32,000 nucleotides of DNA from Candidatus Harpocratesius repetitus (lineage in GTDB: Archaea; Asgardarchaeota; Lokiarchaeia; Sigyniarchaeales; Promethearchaeaceae): NCBI GenBank assembly GCA_021498095.1, contig JAIZWK010000001.1, positions 2,490,001 to 2,522,000 on the forward strand, read 5' to 3'. The position numbers were made by a program, and so were the translations under genes. Below, piece after piece: positions 10,106 through 18,473 of the stretch. How positions within the stretch are numbered: the first letter of the stretch is position 1; each line of letters begins with the position of its first letter. Below the pieces are notes generated by a model, which saw only the letters and a program-made list of their open reading frames with translations, made no database searches and was not told where the DNA came from.

Positions 10106-10630
10106 ATGAATGCAAATTCAATGACATTTTCTAATGAATTATTTAATTGGTGTGAGAATTTCCCATATCAAGATAATCGACGTCCTAATTGGGATGAATA
10201 TTTTCTATTATTAGCGTATATCGCCAGTAGAAGGAGTTCTTGTTGGAGGAAAAAAGTAGGCGCGGTGATTGTAAAAGATAAAGCTGTAATTTCAACAGGA
10301 TACAATGGTGCCCCAGCACCTCAAATCAATTGTTTAGAATTGGGCGAATGTTATCGAGATGTACATAACATAGCAAGTGGTACAGAACTTGAAAAATGTC
10401 GAGCTTCAGGATCGCATGCAGAATCCAATGCAATTGCTTTAGCTGCAAAAAATGGGCATTCCACGGCTGGAGCGACACTGTATTTATTCGGACACAATTA
10501 TATTTGTAATGTATGCCGAGGAATTATTGCAAATGCTTATATATCTCGAGTCGTGCATCTGAAAGAAGATGGATCTGTTGTTGAATTCGATGTCTTTAAA
10601 GATTGGAATAAAAATCCACTTGATTCCTAA
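10106..10630 (+). CDS. comEB: dCMP deaminase (ComEB family, Zn-dependent)
   Basis: RPNWDEYF, SSC..KKVGAVIV, STGYNGAP, HAE and CNVC zinc motifs. Confidence 0.92.
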   Translation: MNANSMTFSNELFNWCENFPYQDNRRPNWDEYFLLLAYIASRRSSCWRKKVGAVIVKDKAVISTGYNGAPAPQINCLELGECYRDVHNIASGTELEKCRASGSHAESNAIALAAKNGHSTAGATLYLFGHNYICNVCRGIIANAYISRVVHLKEDGSVVEFDVFKDWNKNPLDS

Positions 10631-10755
10631 TTGAAAGTATTTATTGACAATCAAAATTATAAACTTAACCATTTTTTCAATGGAAAGTTCACTTTTGGCT
10701 GAAGAATTTCGATTGTTCAACCTTAAAGAATATAAAGTAAGTATTTTTTAACTTT

Positions 10756-12537
10756 TTGATGAAAGGGATGAAAGGAAGTAAATGGGTCGCTAAATTAGCA
10801 TTTCAGTATCCAATAACCACAATCTATGTAATAATTGTTTCAATTATAGAAGTTTTGTTGTTCATCTTTCCAATATCAATAACTGCGCAGTTGATCGAAG
10901 CATTATTGAATGGAGCAACCATGAAAGATGTTCAATCAGATCTTTTTTTTCTTTTTGGTCTGGCTCTTTTCCAAGCTTTGATTTTCTTTTCTATTTCGTT
11001 TTTAAATGAAGTTATTGCGCATAGGGTTACCACTGATATGACACAAGAGTTATTTGAATCACTTCAATATCGGAGTTTAACTTATCATGATGGTAAAGAT
11101 GTTGGTGAAATTATGGCGCGAGCCACGGGAGACACAAGAACTGTAAATATTGCAATTTCACCTGCAGTACGAATATTCTTAGAAATTTTGACACTTTGGT
11201 CTGTTATTTTCATACTTACTGCTTTGGTTCATTGGGTACTATTACTCTGGGCAATTATTGTGTTTGTTTTATTTACAATTACGACCTTCTTTTATGCAAA
11301 AAAGCTTGTTCCCTATACAGTTAATCTTAGAGAGAAATTTGGTGAATTATCAGAAACAACTAATACATATTTCACAGGTATACGCGAAATTAAATCATTT
11401 GTTTCCCAATCTTGGGCAAAACGAAAATATGGTAAAAAAGTTATGCAATATCGCTCTATTGAATTAGCTTCAGGAAAACGAGGAGCATGGTTTTACCCAA
11501 TGTTGGTAGTTACCTTCTTTTCTGCATCAATTATTGTATTAACTCTCTTTTTTGCTTTTAAGGGGATATTTGGAGTCACATTTAGTGATGTTATCAAATT
11601 ATCAAGCATGATAACCCTTCTTACCGGAATGTCCGAAGAGATGGGATGGTCTACAGAATTCTTGATTCGAGGAAATACATCAGCAAATAGAATTTATAAC
11701 ATTATTCATGAAAATGATCCTGGTTCTTTTTCTGATGGAAAAGAAGAATTTAATTCAAACCAATCTGATATCGAATTCCGCAATGTATCATTCAAATATC
11801 GATCAAATCTTCCTTGGGCTCTAAGAAATGTTTCTTTCAAAGTAAATAAAAATCAGACAATTGCAATAGTGGGTTCACCAGGATCTGGCAAATCAACAAT
11901 TGCTAAATTAATTCAACGCTTATATCTTCCTAATGAGGGAGAAATTCTCTTAGGAGGACGACCAATTCAAGAATATTCAAATAAATCACTTCGAAAAAAC
12001 ATAGCCACAGTTGAACAAGATATTTTTCTTTTCAATACGACAATAAAGGAAAATATTCGGTTCGGAAAGCCATCTGCTACAGACGAAGAAGTAATACAAG
12101 CAGCAAAACTTGCCAAAGCACATAATTTCATTATGGAATTACCACAAAAATATAATAATCTTATCGGAGAAGGGGGTATTAGATTATCGGGGGGACAAGC
12201 TCAACGTTTATCGATAGCAAGAGCATTATTGGTAAACCCTTCGATTCTATTGATGGATGATGGGGCATCAGCTCTTGATGCTCAAACAGAAATTCAAATT
12301 CAAAATGCAATATCTAATATTTTGAAAACGCATACCACAATCATAACCACACATCGACTTTCGATTATAAGTAAGGTTGATTTGGTTATCATATTGGAAA
12401 GAGGAGAAATTGTCGGATTAGGAACACATGAACAATTGATCCGTTCGAATTCTTTCTATAGGCGCCTTTTTGAGCGACACTATGAGCTTCCTCCTATTGA
12501 GGAGGTTTTAATAAATACTGAAGTTGTAGGAGAATAA
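10756..12537 (+). CDS. ABC exporter (TMD-NBD half-transporter), subunit 1 of a heterodimer
   Basis: TM domain then GSPGSGKS, LSGGQ, non-canonical Walker B LLMDD and THR. Confidence 0.95.
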   Translation: MMKGMKGSKWVAKLAFQYPITTIYVIIVSIIEVLLFIFPISITAQLIEALLNGATMKDVQSDLFFLFGLALFQALIFFSISFLNEVIAHRVTTDMTQELFESLQYRSLTYHDGKDVGEIMARATGDTRTVNIAISPAVRIFLEILTLWSVIFILTALVHWVLLLWAIIVFVLFTITTFFYAKKLVPYTVNLREKFGELSETTNTYFTGIREIKSFVSQSWAKRKYGKKVMQYRSIELASGKRGAWFYPMLVVTFFSASIIVLTLFFAFKGIFGVTFSDVIKLSSMITLLTGMSEEMGWSTEFLIRGNTSANRIYNIIHENDPGSFSDGKEEFNSNQSDIEFRNVSFKYRSNLPWALRNVSFKVNKNQTIAIVGSPGSGKSTIAKLIQRLYLPNEGEILLGGRPIQEYSNKSLRKNIATVEQDIFLFNTTIKENIRFGKPSATDEEVIQAAKLAKAHNFIMELPQKYNNLIGEGGIRLSGGQAQRLSIARALLVNPSILLMDDGASALDAQTEIQIQNAISNILKTHTTIITTHRLSIISKVDLVIILERGEIVGLGTHEQLIRSNSFYRRLFERHYELPPIEEVLINTEVVGE

Positions 12538-12540
12538 AAA

Positions 12541-14553
12541 ATGAGTGTAGATCTTGAAGATACAAAAATTCATAAAGTAGATAAAATCAATACATTAAAG
12601 AAAAAACAAGGAGAATTCAGTAAATTATTTGGTATTTTTTTTGATTCTTCTCTTCAATCGCTAGATGAGATGAAAAAAAGAACTCAAAAAACTACAAGCA
12701 AAATTAAATCTCCTAATTTAAAAAGTGAAAACATAAAAAAATCCATTTCTAAACTACAAAAAATACAAAAAAAAAGAAAACACTCAGATAAAGAATTACT
12801 AAACTATTTATGGAGCTATATTGTACCTAATAAGCAGAAATTTTATATTGTAAGTATTTTGATGCTGGTTAATGTTGGATTGGGAATTCTAAGCCCTCTA
12901 TTATATCAAAAAGCATTAGCTTTAATAGAAGAAGCAAGCATTAATCCTAATCTATCTCGAATTTTTCCATTTCTTTTAACTTACTTCATAATCGTCATGG
13001 TATTATGGTTTACAAATGTAATTCAGCGAATTTTCACAATTCAGTTGAATAGCTTTACAACAAATGCAATGCGTACGCAAGTTTTTAATGAAATTTTGCA
13101 AAATTCTGTTTCCTTTTTCGATCATTCAGAAACTGGAGTTTTAACAAGTAATATTACTAATGATATTCAAGAATTATATGAAACTGGAGAGCGGTTTGTT
13201 GTTGTTTTTACGAGTTTGATTAGGCTAATTGTAACCGTTTCAATTCTTTTCAGCTTTTCACCACGAATAACGGCTATTTCAATGGCATTTCTTCCTATTT
13301 TTTTCTTTATTTCAATGGCACTACGAAAATTTCAAAGAAGAGTTGCACGAATTTGGCGGAAAAATTTTGGAAAAGTAAATCAAAGTTTTTCGGAATCAAT
13401 GAGATCTATCAATATTTCAAAAGCATTTGAACGAGAAGAAGAAAATATTAGACGGTTCCATAAATTAAATGAATTAACCTACAAATCATCTGTAAAACGT
13501 GGATTAGGTATTTTTATTATGGGTCCAATCAGCGATTTCCTCCGACATGTACTGCTCATCATTATTTTATGGATTGGAACCTTAGAATATAATAATGCTC
13601 ATATTACGCTTGCTGCATTTTCTTTGTTTATTTTTATGTTTGACTATTATTTCTATCCAATTATAGCTTTAGCACGCCATTATAATCGTTTTCAATCTTT
13701 ATTTGGAATCTTAGAACGATTATTAGAAAGTAGCGAACAATTAGGTTTAAAAGAACCAGCAGATTATGAGATGGAGGCTTTAGATATCCATGGTGAATTA
13801 GAATTAAGACATGTAAATTTTGAATACCAAGAGAATAATCCAATATTAAAAGATATTTCCTTTAAAGCTAAATCTGGCCAAAGAATTGCTTTAGTTGGTC
13901 CAACAGGAGCGGGAAAGACAACAATTGCTTCAATTCTGATGCGTTTCTATAAGATTAAATCAGGAGAAATCCTTATTGACGGTAAAAATATTTTAGATTA
14001 TCCATTAAGTGCTTTAAGAAAATCGATTGGTTTGGTTAGTCAGCGAGTATTATTGATTAAAGGAACAATTCGGGATAACCTTTTATTAGGAAATGAGCAA
14101 GCAACAGATGAAGAAATATGGAATGCCTTAGATATGGTACAAGCGCGAGAATTTATAGAGATGCTTCCTAATGGATTAGACTCTTTTGTTAATGAAAAAG
14201 GGAAAAACCTTTCCGCTGGACAGCGACAAATGCTTTCATTCGCTCGTGTTTTATTAGCTAATCCGAAATTAATTATTCTAGATGAAGCCACTTCAGCAGT
14301 GGATCTTTATACTGAGTCAAAAATACAAGATGCTATTGATATTATGCTTGAAGGTCGTACAAGTTTAGTTATAGCGCATCGATTAACAACGATTTTAAAA
14401 AGTGATCTAATTTTAGTTATTGATCAAGGAAAATTATTACAACAAGGAACTCATGAAGAATTAATGGAACAATCTGGGCCTTATAAAAAGATGTATCAAT
14501 TGTATTTTGAGACGCAATCTGCAAAATATTTGGAAAAAATAAAGAAAAATTAA
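12541..14553 (+). CDS. ABC exporter (TMD-NBD half-transporter), subunit 2 of a heterodimer
   Basis: Starts 3 nt after subunit 1; GPTGAGKT, LSAGQRQ, ILDEATS and AHR; Lys-rich N-terminal extension. Confidence 0.95.
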   Translation: MSVDLEDTKIHKVDKINTLKKKQGEFSKLFGIFFDSSLQSLDEMKKRTQKTTSKIKSPNLKSENIKKSISKLQKIQKKRKHSDKELLNYLWSYIVPNKQKFYIVSILMLVNVGLGILSPLLYQKALALIEEASINPNLSRIFPFLLTYFIIVMVLWFTNVIQRIFTIQLNSFTTNAMRTQVFNEILQNSVSFFDHSETGVLTSNITNDIQELYETGERFVVVFTSLIRLIVTVSILFSFSPRITAISMAFLPIFFFISMALRKFQRRVARIWRKNFGKVNQSFSESMRSINISKAFEREEENIRRFHKLNELTYKSSVKRGLGIFIMGPISDFLRHVLLIIILWIGTLEYNNAHITLAAFSLFIFMFDYYFYPIIALARHYNRFQSLFGILERLLESSEQLGLKEPADYEMEALDIHGELELRHVNFEYQENNPILKDISFKAKSGQRIALVGPTGAGKTTIASILMRFYKIKSGEILIDGKNILDYPLSALRKSIGLVSQRVLLIKGTIRDNLLLGNEQATDEEIWNALDMVQAREFIEMLPNGLDSFVNEKGKNLSAGQRQMLSFARVLLANPKLIILDEATSAVDLYTESKIQDAIDIMLEGRTSLVIAHRLTTILKSDLILVIDQGKLLQQGTHEELMEQSGPYKKMYQLYFETQSAKYLEKIKKN

Positions 14554-14606
14554 TTAGCGCTTGTATTATTATATTTTTCCAGAGAAGCTTCTTTAAATTT
14601 TATTTT

Positions 14607-14647
14607 TATTCTTGTTGTATTCTTGGATTATTCTTGGGTTATTCTTT
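14607..14647. repeat. 11-bp imperfect tandem repeat x4 between convergent genes
   Basis: TATTCTT core at 14607, 14618, 14629 and 14640. Confidence 0.85.
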
Positions 14648-14693
14648 TTTTTATTTTTCGCTTTAATGCAATGTTATTTCCTTAACAGCTGTA

Positions 14694-14927
14694 TTATGAG
14701 AGGAATTCGTATTCCACGACAGTAGCTAATGCTAATACACCTGCTCCAATTACAAAGCCACGCCAAACCCAAATATTAACTTCTGCGACTTTTAACATTA
14801 ATCCAATTACTATTAATACTACAGCAGATAATAATGTAATAAAAATAATCGTAATCGAAAGATAAGATTTATCTTTAGCAAGCCAGGCTAATCGATTTGA
14901 TTTTTCAGCAATTTGATCATCATTCAT
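14694..14927 (-). CDS. Small two-TM membrane protein
   Basis: 77-aa ORF with two clear hydrophobic helices in an otherwise empty gap. Confidence 0.6.
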   Translation of the reverse strand: MNDDQIAEKSNRLAWLAKDKSYLSITIIFITLLSAVVLIVIGLMLKVAEVNIWVWRGFVIGAGVLALATVVEYEFLS

Positions 14928-15044
14928 ATTTTTAATAACAGTAAATCCAATTAAAATCTATTTCAAATTAAAATAAAGTATTATCCTAAAATTTCAATGG
15001 TTAAAATTCTTATATTTTGATTTAATTATTATTAATCTGATTAT

Positions 15045-17048
15045 TTAATGAATTAATCCTAGAAGTTCTTTAATTTCTTGTAAAACAGATGGAAAATCAT
15101 CAAATATATCCCTGATATCATTCTGGAGACAAATATTAAGAATTTCTTCAATTTTATAATCAGAATCTGCAGAAAGACCTAATATAAGAGGGTTTTGAAA
15201 AATAAGATAGATTATCGGAGCAAGATGGAAATAATAATAGTATATTTGATTTGTTTCTTTTGTTTTTTGATATTTTTTCATTTCAATTAAATATTGGGGA
15301 ATTAAATTCATAATATCGATTTTTTCAAAAATTGGAAGAAAGGTTTCTAATGTTTTTTTTATTATAAAAAAATTAGGCATGAATTCGGGACCTTTTTTAA
15401 TTTGAAATATTAATTCAACTAGCTTCGCCCATTGATAATAAATTTCTCGTTTATCCCTGTTATATTGAAGATTTAAGAACTCAGGAAGTCTTTTAGCATC
15501 ATAAAACGCGCGAAAGATATAATACCATGTTTTTTTTTCTGCCACCTGCCGTTCCCTATCAAAAAGTTCAGTTTTTATCAATTGAATAGCTTGATCAAAT
15601 TCTAATTGACGGATTAGAATTGAAATTTCATATTGGAAAGCAATTTCACCAATGCGGGTATATTTTCTGCGGATTTCTTGAATCAAATCCCAACAAGCTT
15701 GATATCGTTTCTGAATGAAATAATAACGCGCGATATAATGAAGAAAATTAATAATTGATGTTTTTCCATTGCCATAACTAACATTGATATTCTCCCATTC
15801 AGCAACAGAATAGTTGGTCAATAAATGTTCGGTGAAAATTTGCACAATTACCGGACTTGGATATTTAATAAAGATTTCATTAAGCTCGTTAAAGGTAAAA
15901 TCTAATTCACTAATTATTTGTACAAGATTTGTCTTTACTCTATTAAGATCTGGTTTTTCTTTAAAATGATTATAAAGACGGTTAAATATTGCCAAATTGA
16001 ATTCACTTTTATATTCTAATTCTTGAAAATACTGTAGAAATAACCCCCATTTGGCGGAATCTTCAAAAATCGATACAATTTCTTCTAAAATTTCTTCTTG
16101 GGTAATTGATTTTAGATGGGTTAAGAATGGTGGTTCTTTTGGAATCTCTGTAACAGGTTCCTTCTTAGGAGATTCCTGCATGACTGAATTTTGCTGCTGA
16201 CTTGAATTTAATTCATTGTTTTTATTTTCATAGATATCCTTATTAGGAATAGATATTGAATTTGAGATTACATTAGAACTAAGATGTGAAACAGATGAAG
16301 ATTTTAAGGTTGTTTCTTGATTATTTCCATTATTATTATATAATATTTTTCCCTGCGGGTTCTCAAGTATACTACTTTCTACTGAATTAGCATTATTATA
16401 TGTTTCATAATCTCTAGAATCTCCAGAATCATCATAGTCTCCATAATCCCCATGTTCATCATTTAAATTTGATTTTGATGATTCATGGGAAATTTGGGAA
16501 GGTATTGTTTGAAAATGATTAATATTTTTTAGTTGTGATTTAAGCGATTTGATTTCCTCGATTAAATAACTTATAATATGATCATTTTGACTATTTGAAG
16601 TATTTCCGATATTATTTTGGGCTTTATCTAAACGAATTTGGTTAATTTGCAAAATTGAATTCAAATTCTTACTATTTTTTAGCTTGTGGATATTTAATGA
16701 ATTCTGATAATCTTGATAACTAATCATTTTTTGATTTTTGGGTAGTTTAAAAAGAAAATCTAAGTATTCTCGACCTTGCTGTGTTATTGTATAAGCATAA
16801 TATTGTCTATTGGAAACTATATCCTTAACCTTTTGAATTAAGCCAAACGAGATTAGACGTTGATAAATTTTATAGTAAGTGCGACTACTTTTACGATTTA
16901 CTCCTGGATATTTCTCATTAAAATGTTGGATTTCAGAATGTCGAATTTTGTCGTGATGATAAAGAATGAAGAGAATTTTTAGTTCTTGTGTGGCTTTTTG
17001 AAGGAAATTATTCATGTTGGAATTAAGTTTGACCATCTGACTTGACAT
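15045..17048 (-). CDS. Winged-helix (PadR/MarR-like) N-terminal domain + N/S/Q-rich linker + C-terminal helical-repeat (TPR-like) region
   Basis: ELKILFILY...YYKIYQRLISFGLIQK...YAYTITQQGREYL fits a wHTH; the middle is low complexity; the C-terminus has amphipathic helix pairs (e.g. YQACWDLIQEI, FDQAIQLIK). Confidence 0.72.
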   Translation of the reverse strand: MSSQMVKLNSNMNNFLQKATQELKILFILYHHDKIRHSEIQHFNEKYPGVNRKSSRTYYKIYQRLISFGLIQKVKDIVSNRQYYAYTITQQGREYLDFLFKLPKNQKMISYQDYQNSLNIHKLKNSKNLNSILQINQIRLDKAQNNIGNTSNSQNDHIISYLIEEIKSLKSQLKNINHFQTIPSQISHESSKSNLNDEHGDYGDYDDSGDSRDYETYNNANSVESSILENPQGKILYNNNGNNQETTLKSSSVSHLSSNVISNSISIPNKDIYENKNNELNSSQQQNSVMQESPKKEPVTEIPKEPPFLTHLKSITQEEILEEIVSIFEDSAKWGLFLQYFQELEYKSEFNLAIFNRLYNHFKEKPDLNRVKTNLVQIISELDFTFNELNEIFIKYPSPVIVQIFTEHLLTNYSVAEWENINVSYGNGKTSIINFLHYIARYYFIQKRYQACWDLIQEIRRKYTRIGEIAFQYEISILIRQLEFDQAIQLIKTELFDRERQVAEKKTWYYIFRAFYDAKRLPEFLNLQYNRDKREIYYQWAKLVELIFQIKKGPEFMPNFFIIKKTLETFLPIFEKIDIMNLIPQYLIEMKKYQKTKETNQIYYYYFHLAPIIYLIFQNPLILGLSADSDYKIEEILNICLQNDIRDIFDDFPSVLQEIKELLGLIH

Positions 17049-17085
17049 TCAATATATAAAGTAGCGGTTTTATTTATTTAAAGAT

Positions 17086-17180
17086 ATTGGTAAAATATAG
17101 GTAAAAAATAAGTAAAATATTGATATTATGTGTAAAAAATAGGTAAAACCAACAAGAAAAAAAATAAAAAATAGGTAAAA
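17086..17180. promoter_or_regulatory. Array of six ATAGGTAAAA-like direct repeats in the divergent intergenic region (putative operator)
   Basis: ATTGGTAAAA 17086, ATAGGTAAAA 17097, ATAAGTAAAA 17108, ATGTGTAAAA 17128, ATAGGTAAAA 17139, ATAGGTAAAA 17171. The repeats are observed; the regulatory role is inferred. Confidence 0.6.
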
Positions 17181-17255
17181 AATTAGATCTGGTTTTAACG
17201 TGAAAGCAAGTAATGCTTTTAATTCATGAAATCAAATTTATTGTAGGGAATTTAA

Positions 17256-18404
17256 ATGTCAGATAAACAATCCACTTTATCAGGAATCATAAAAGAAAAA
17301 CAATCAGATGAATCCCCCAAAAACCAATCTTTTAACGAAAACGAATCATCGACTATTAAAGAAAAAAGGCAACTACCACAAAATCCTGTAGAAATTCTAA
17401 AATTAACCAAAAGTGGGGGGATTACATTACCAAAATTAATTCGATCACAATTAGAAGAAAAGCAATTGTTTGCCTTTTGGAAAGAAGATGATCGCTATAT
17501 ATTAATGCCAGTAAAGGAATATGAAATTCCTGATTTAAATTTACTAGAAACTAAGAAAAAATCAAATAAGGTAGAGGATTCTGATACTAAAGCAAAAAAA
17601 ACACGTAAAAAAAGAACAGCAAAACAAAAACCATCTACAGGACCGCAACCGGAGTTAACAAAATATTTCCCATTTCCTTTAGAAAATCAAGAAAAAATTC
17701 AAAATGCGGTTGAAGCAAGCTTTTATAAACTTATTGAAATACCCCCTAAAATTGACGAAGTCATAGAACGGATCAAATACATCATAATTAATTATGGAAT
17801 TGGAAAAACCACAAATGATTCGCGCCTAAAACATACAATAGTTTTGTTTATTGATGATATTATCTCAAAAGTCCCTGAACAAGATTTTACACCAATTCTT
17901 GAATATCTATCATCAAAAATTGTTCCAAATATTGATAGCACCTTCTTGCGAGAGCAAAGTTTAATTACATTATGTGGTACAACTTTGAAAGCTCAACTTC
18001 CTGAACTTGCATTAAGCTTGCTTAGACAAGTATTTGCTGGAATTGATTCATACGATCAAGAATTTGCAATAATGCAAGGTATTAAATCAATAATGAAGAA
18101 ACTTCAATCGATTGATGTTCCTCTTTCAGAGGACTTTCAGTTAACTGTTCAGAAAAATTTAAGCAAGTTTATTATAGGAAAAAGCAAAGAAAGGTTCATT
18201 GAAGTGTCAGAATCTTCAAACAATGAACAAATTATATTATCTACTGATAATTGCTTGGAAATAATTGAATTAATGCAGAATTTTCAAATGATAGATGCAG
18301 CAATGGAAGCAGCACAAAAGCTTTTAGAACGTATTCCACCAGAAGATATTCATATCGAAGATGTGAGGGCGAAAGTGAATTCATTAAGGAAGCATTCTCG
18401 ATAG
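17256..18404 (+). CDS. AbrB/MazE/SpoVT-like DNA-binding domain + basic patch + alpha-helical repeat C-terminus
   Basis: ILKLTKSGGITLPKLIRSQLEEKQLFAFWKEDDRYILMP matches the swapped-hairpin consensus; then KAKKTRKKRTAKQK; remainder helical. Confidence 0.72.
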   Translation: MSDKQSTLSGIIKEKQSDESPKNQSFNENESSTIKEKRQLPQNPVEILKLTKSGGITLPKLIRSQLEEKQLFAFWKEDDRYILMPVKEYEIPDLNLLETKKKSNKVEDSDTKAKKTRKKRTAKQKPSTGPQPELTKYFPFPLENQEKIQNAVEASFYKLIEIPPKIDEVIERIKYIIINYGIGKTTNDSRLKHTIVLFIDDIISKVPEQDFTPILEYLSSKIVPNIDSTFLREQSLITLCGTTLKAQLPELALSLLRQVFAGIDSYDQEFAIMQGIKSIMKKLQSIDVPLSEDFQLTVQKNLSKFIIGKSKERFIEVSESSNNEQIILSTDNCLEIIELMQNFQMIDAAMEAAQKLLERIPPEDIHIEDVRAKVNSLRKHSR

Positions 18405-18473
18405 GAATAATCATCGACAGTTTTAATTAGCGCGTGAATCATATATATTATGAGGGAAAAGGAGTAACATCAA

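Noticed and set aside
12-14291. Short overlapping ORFs (12..209, 445..654, 1092..1385, 3052..3297, 3831..4145, 4176..4433, 8126..8347, 9075..9281, 10484..10720, 11258..11467, 13661..13843, 14040..14291)
   Set aside because: Antisense or alternate-frame shadows of longer genes, with no motifs of their own.
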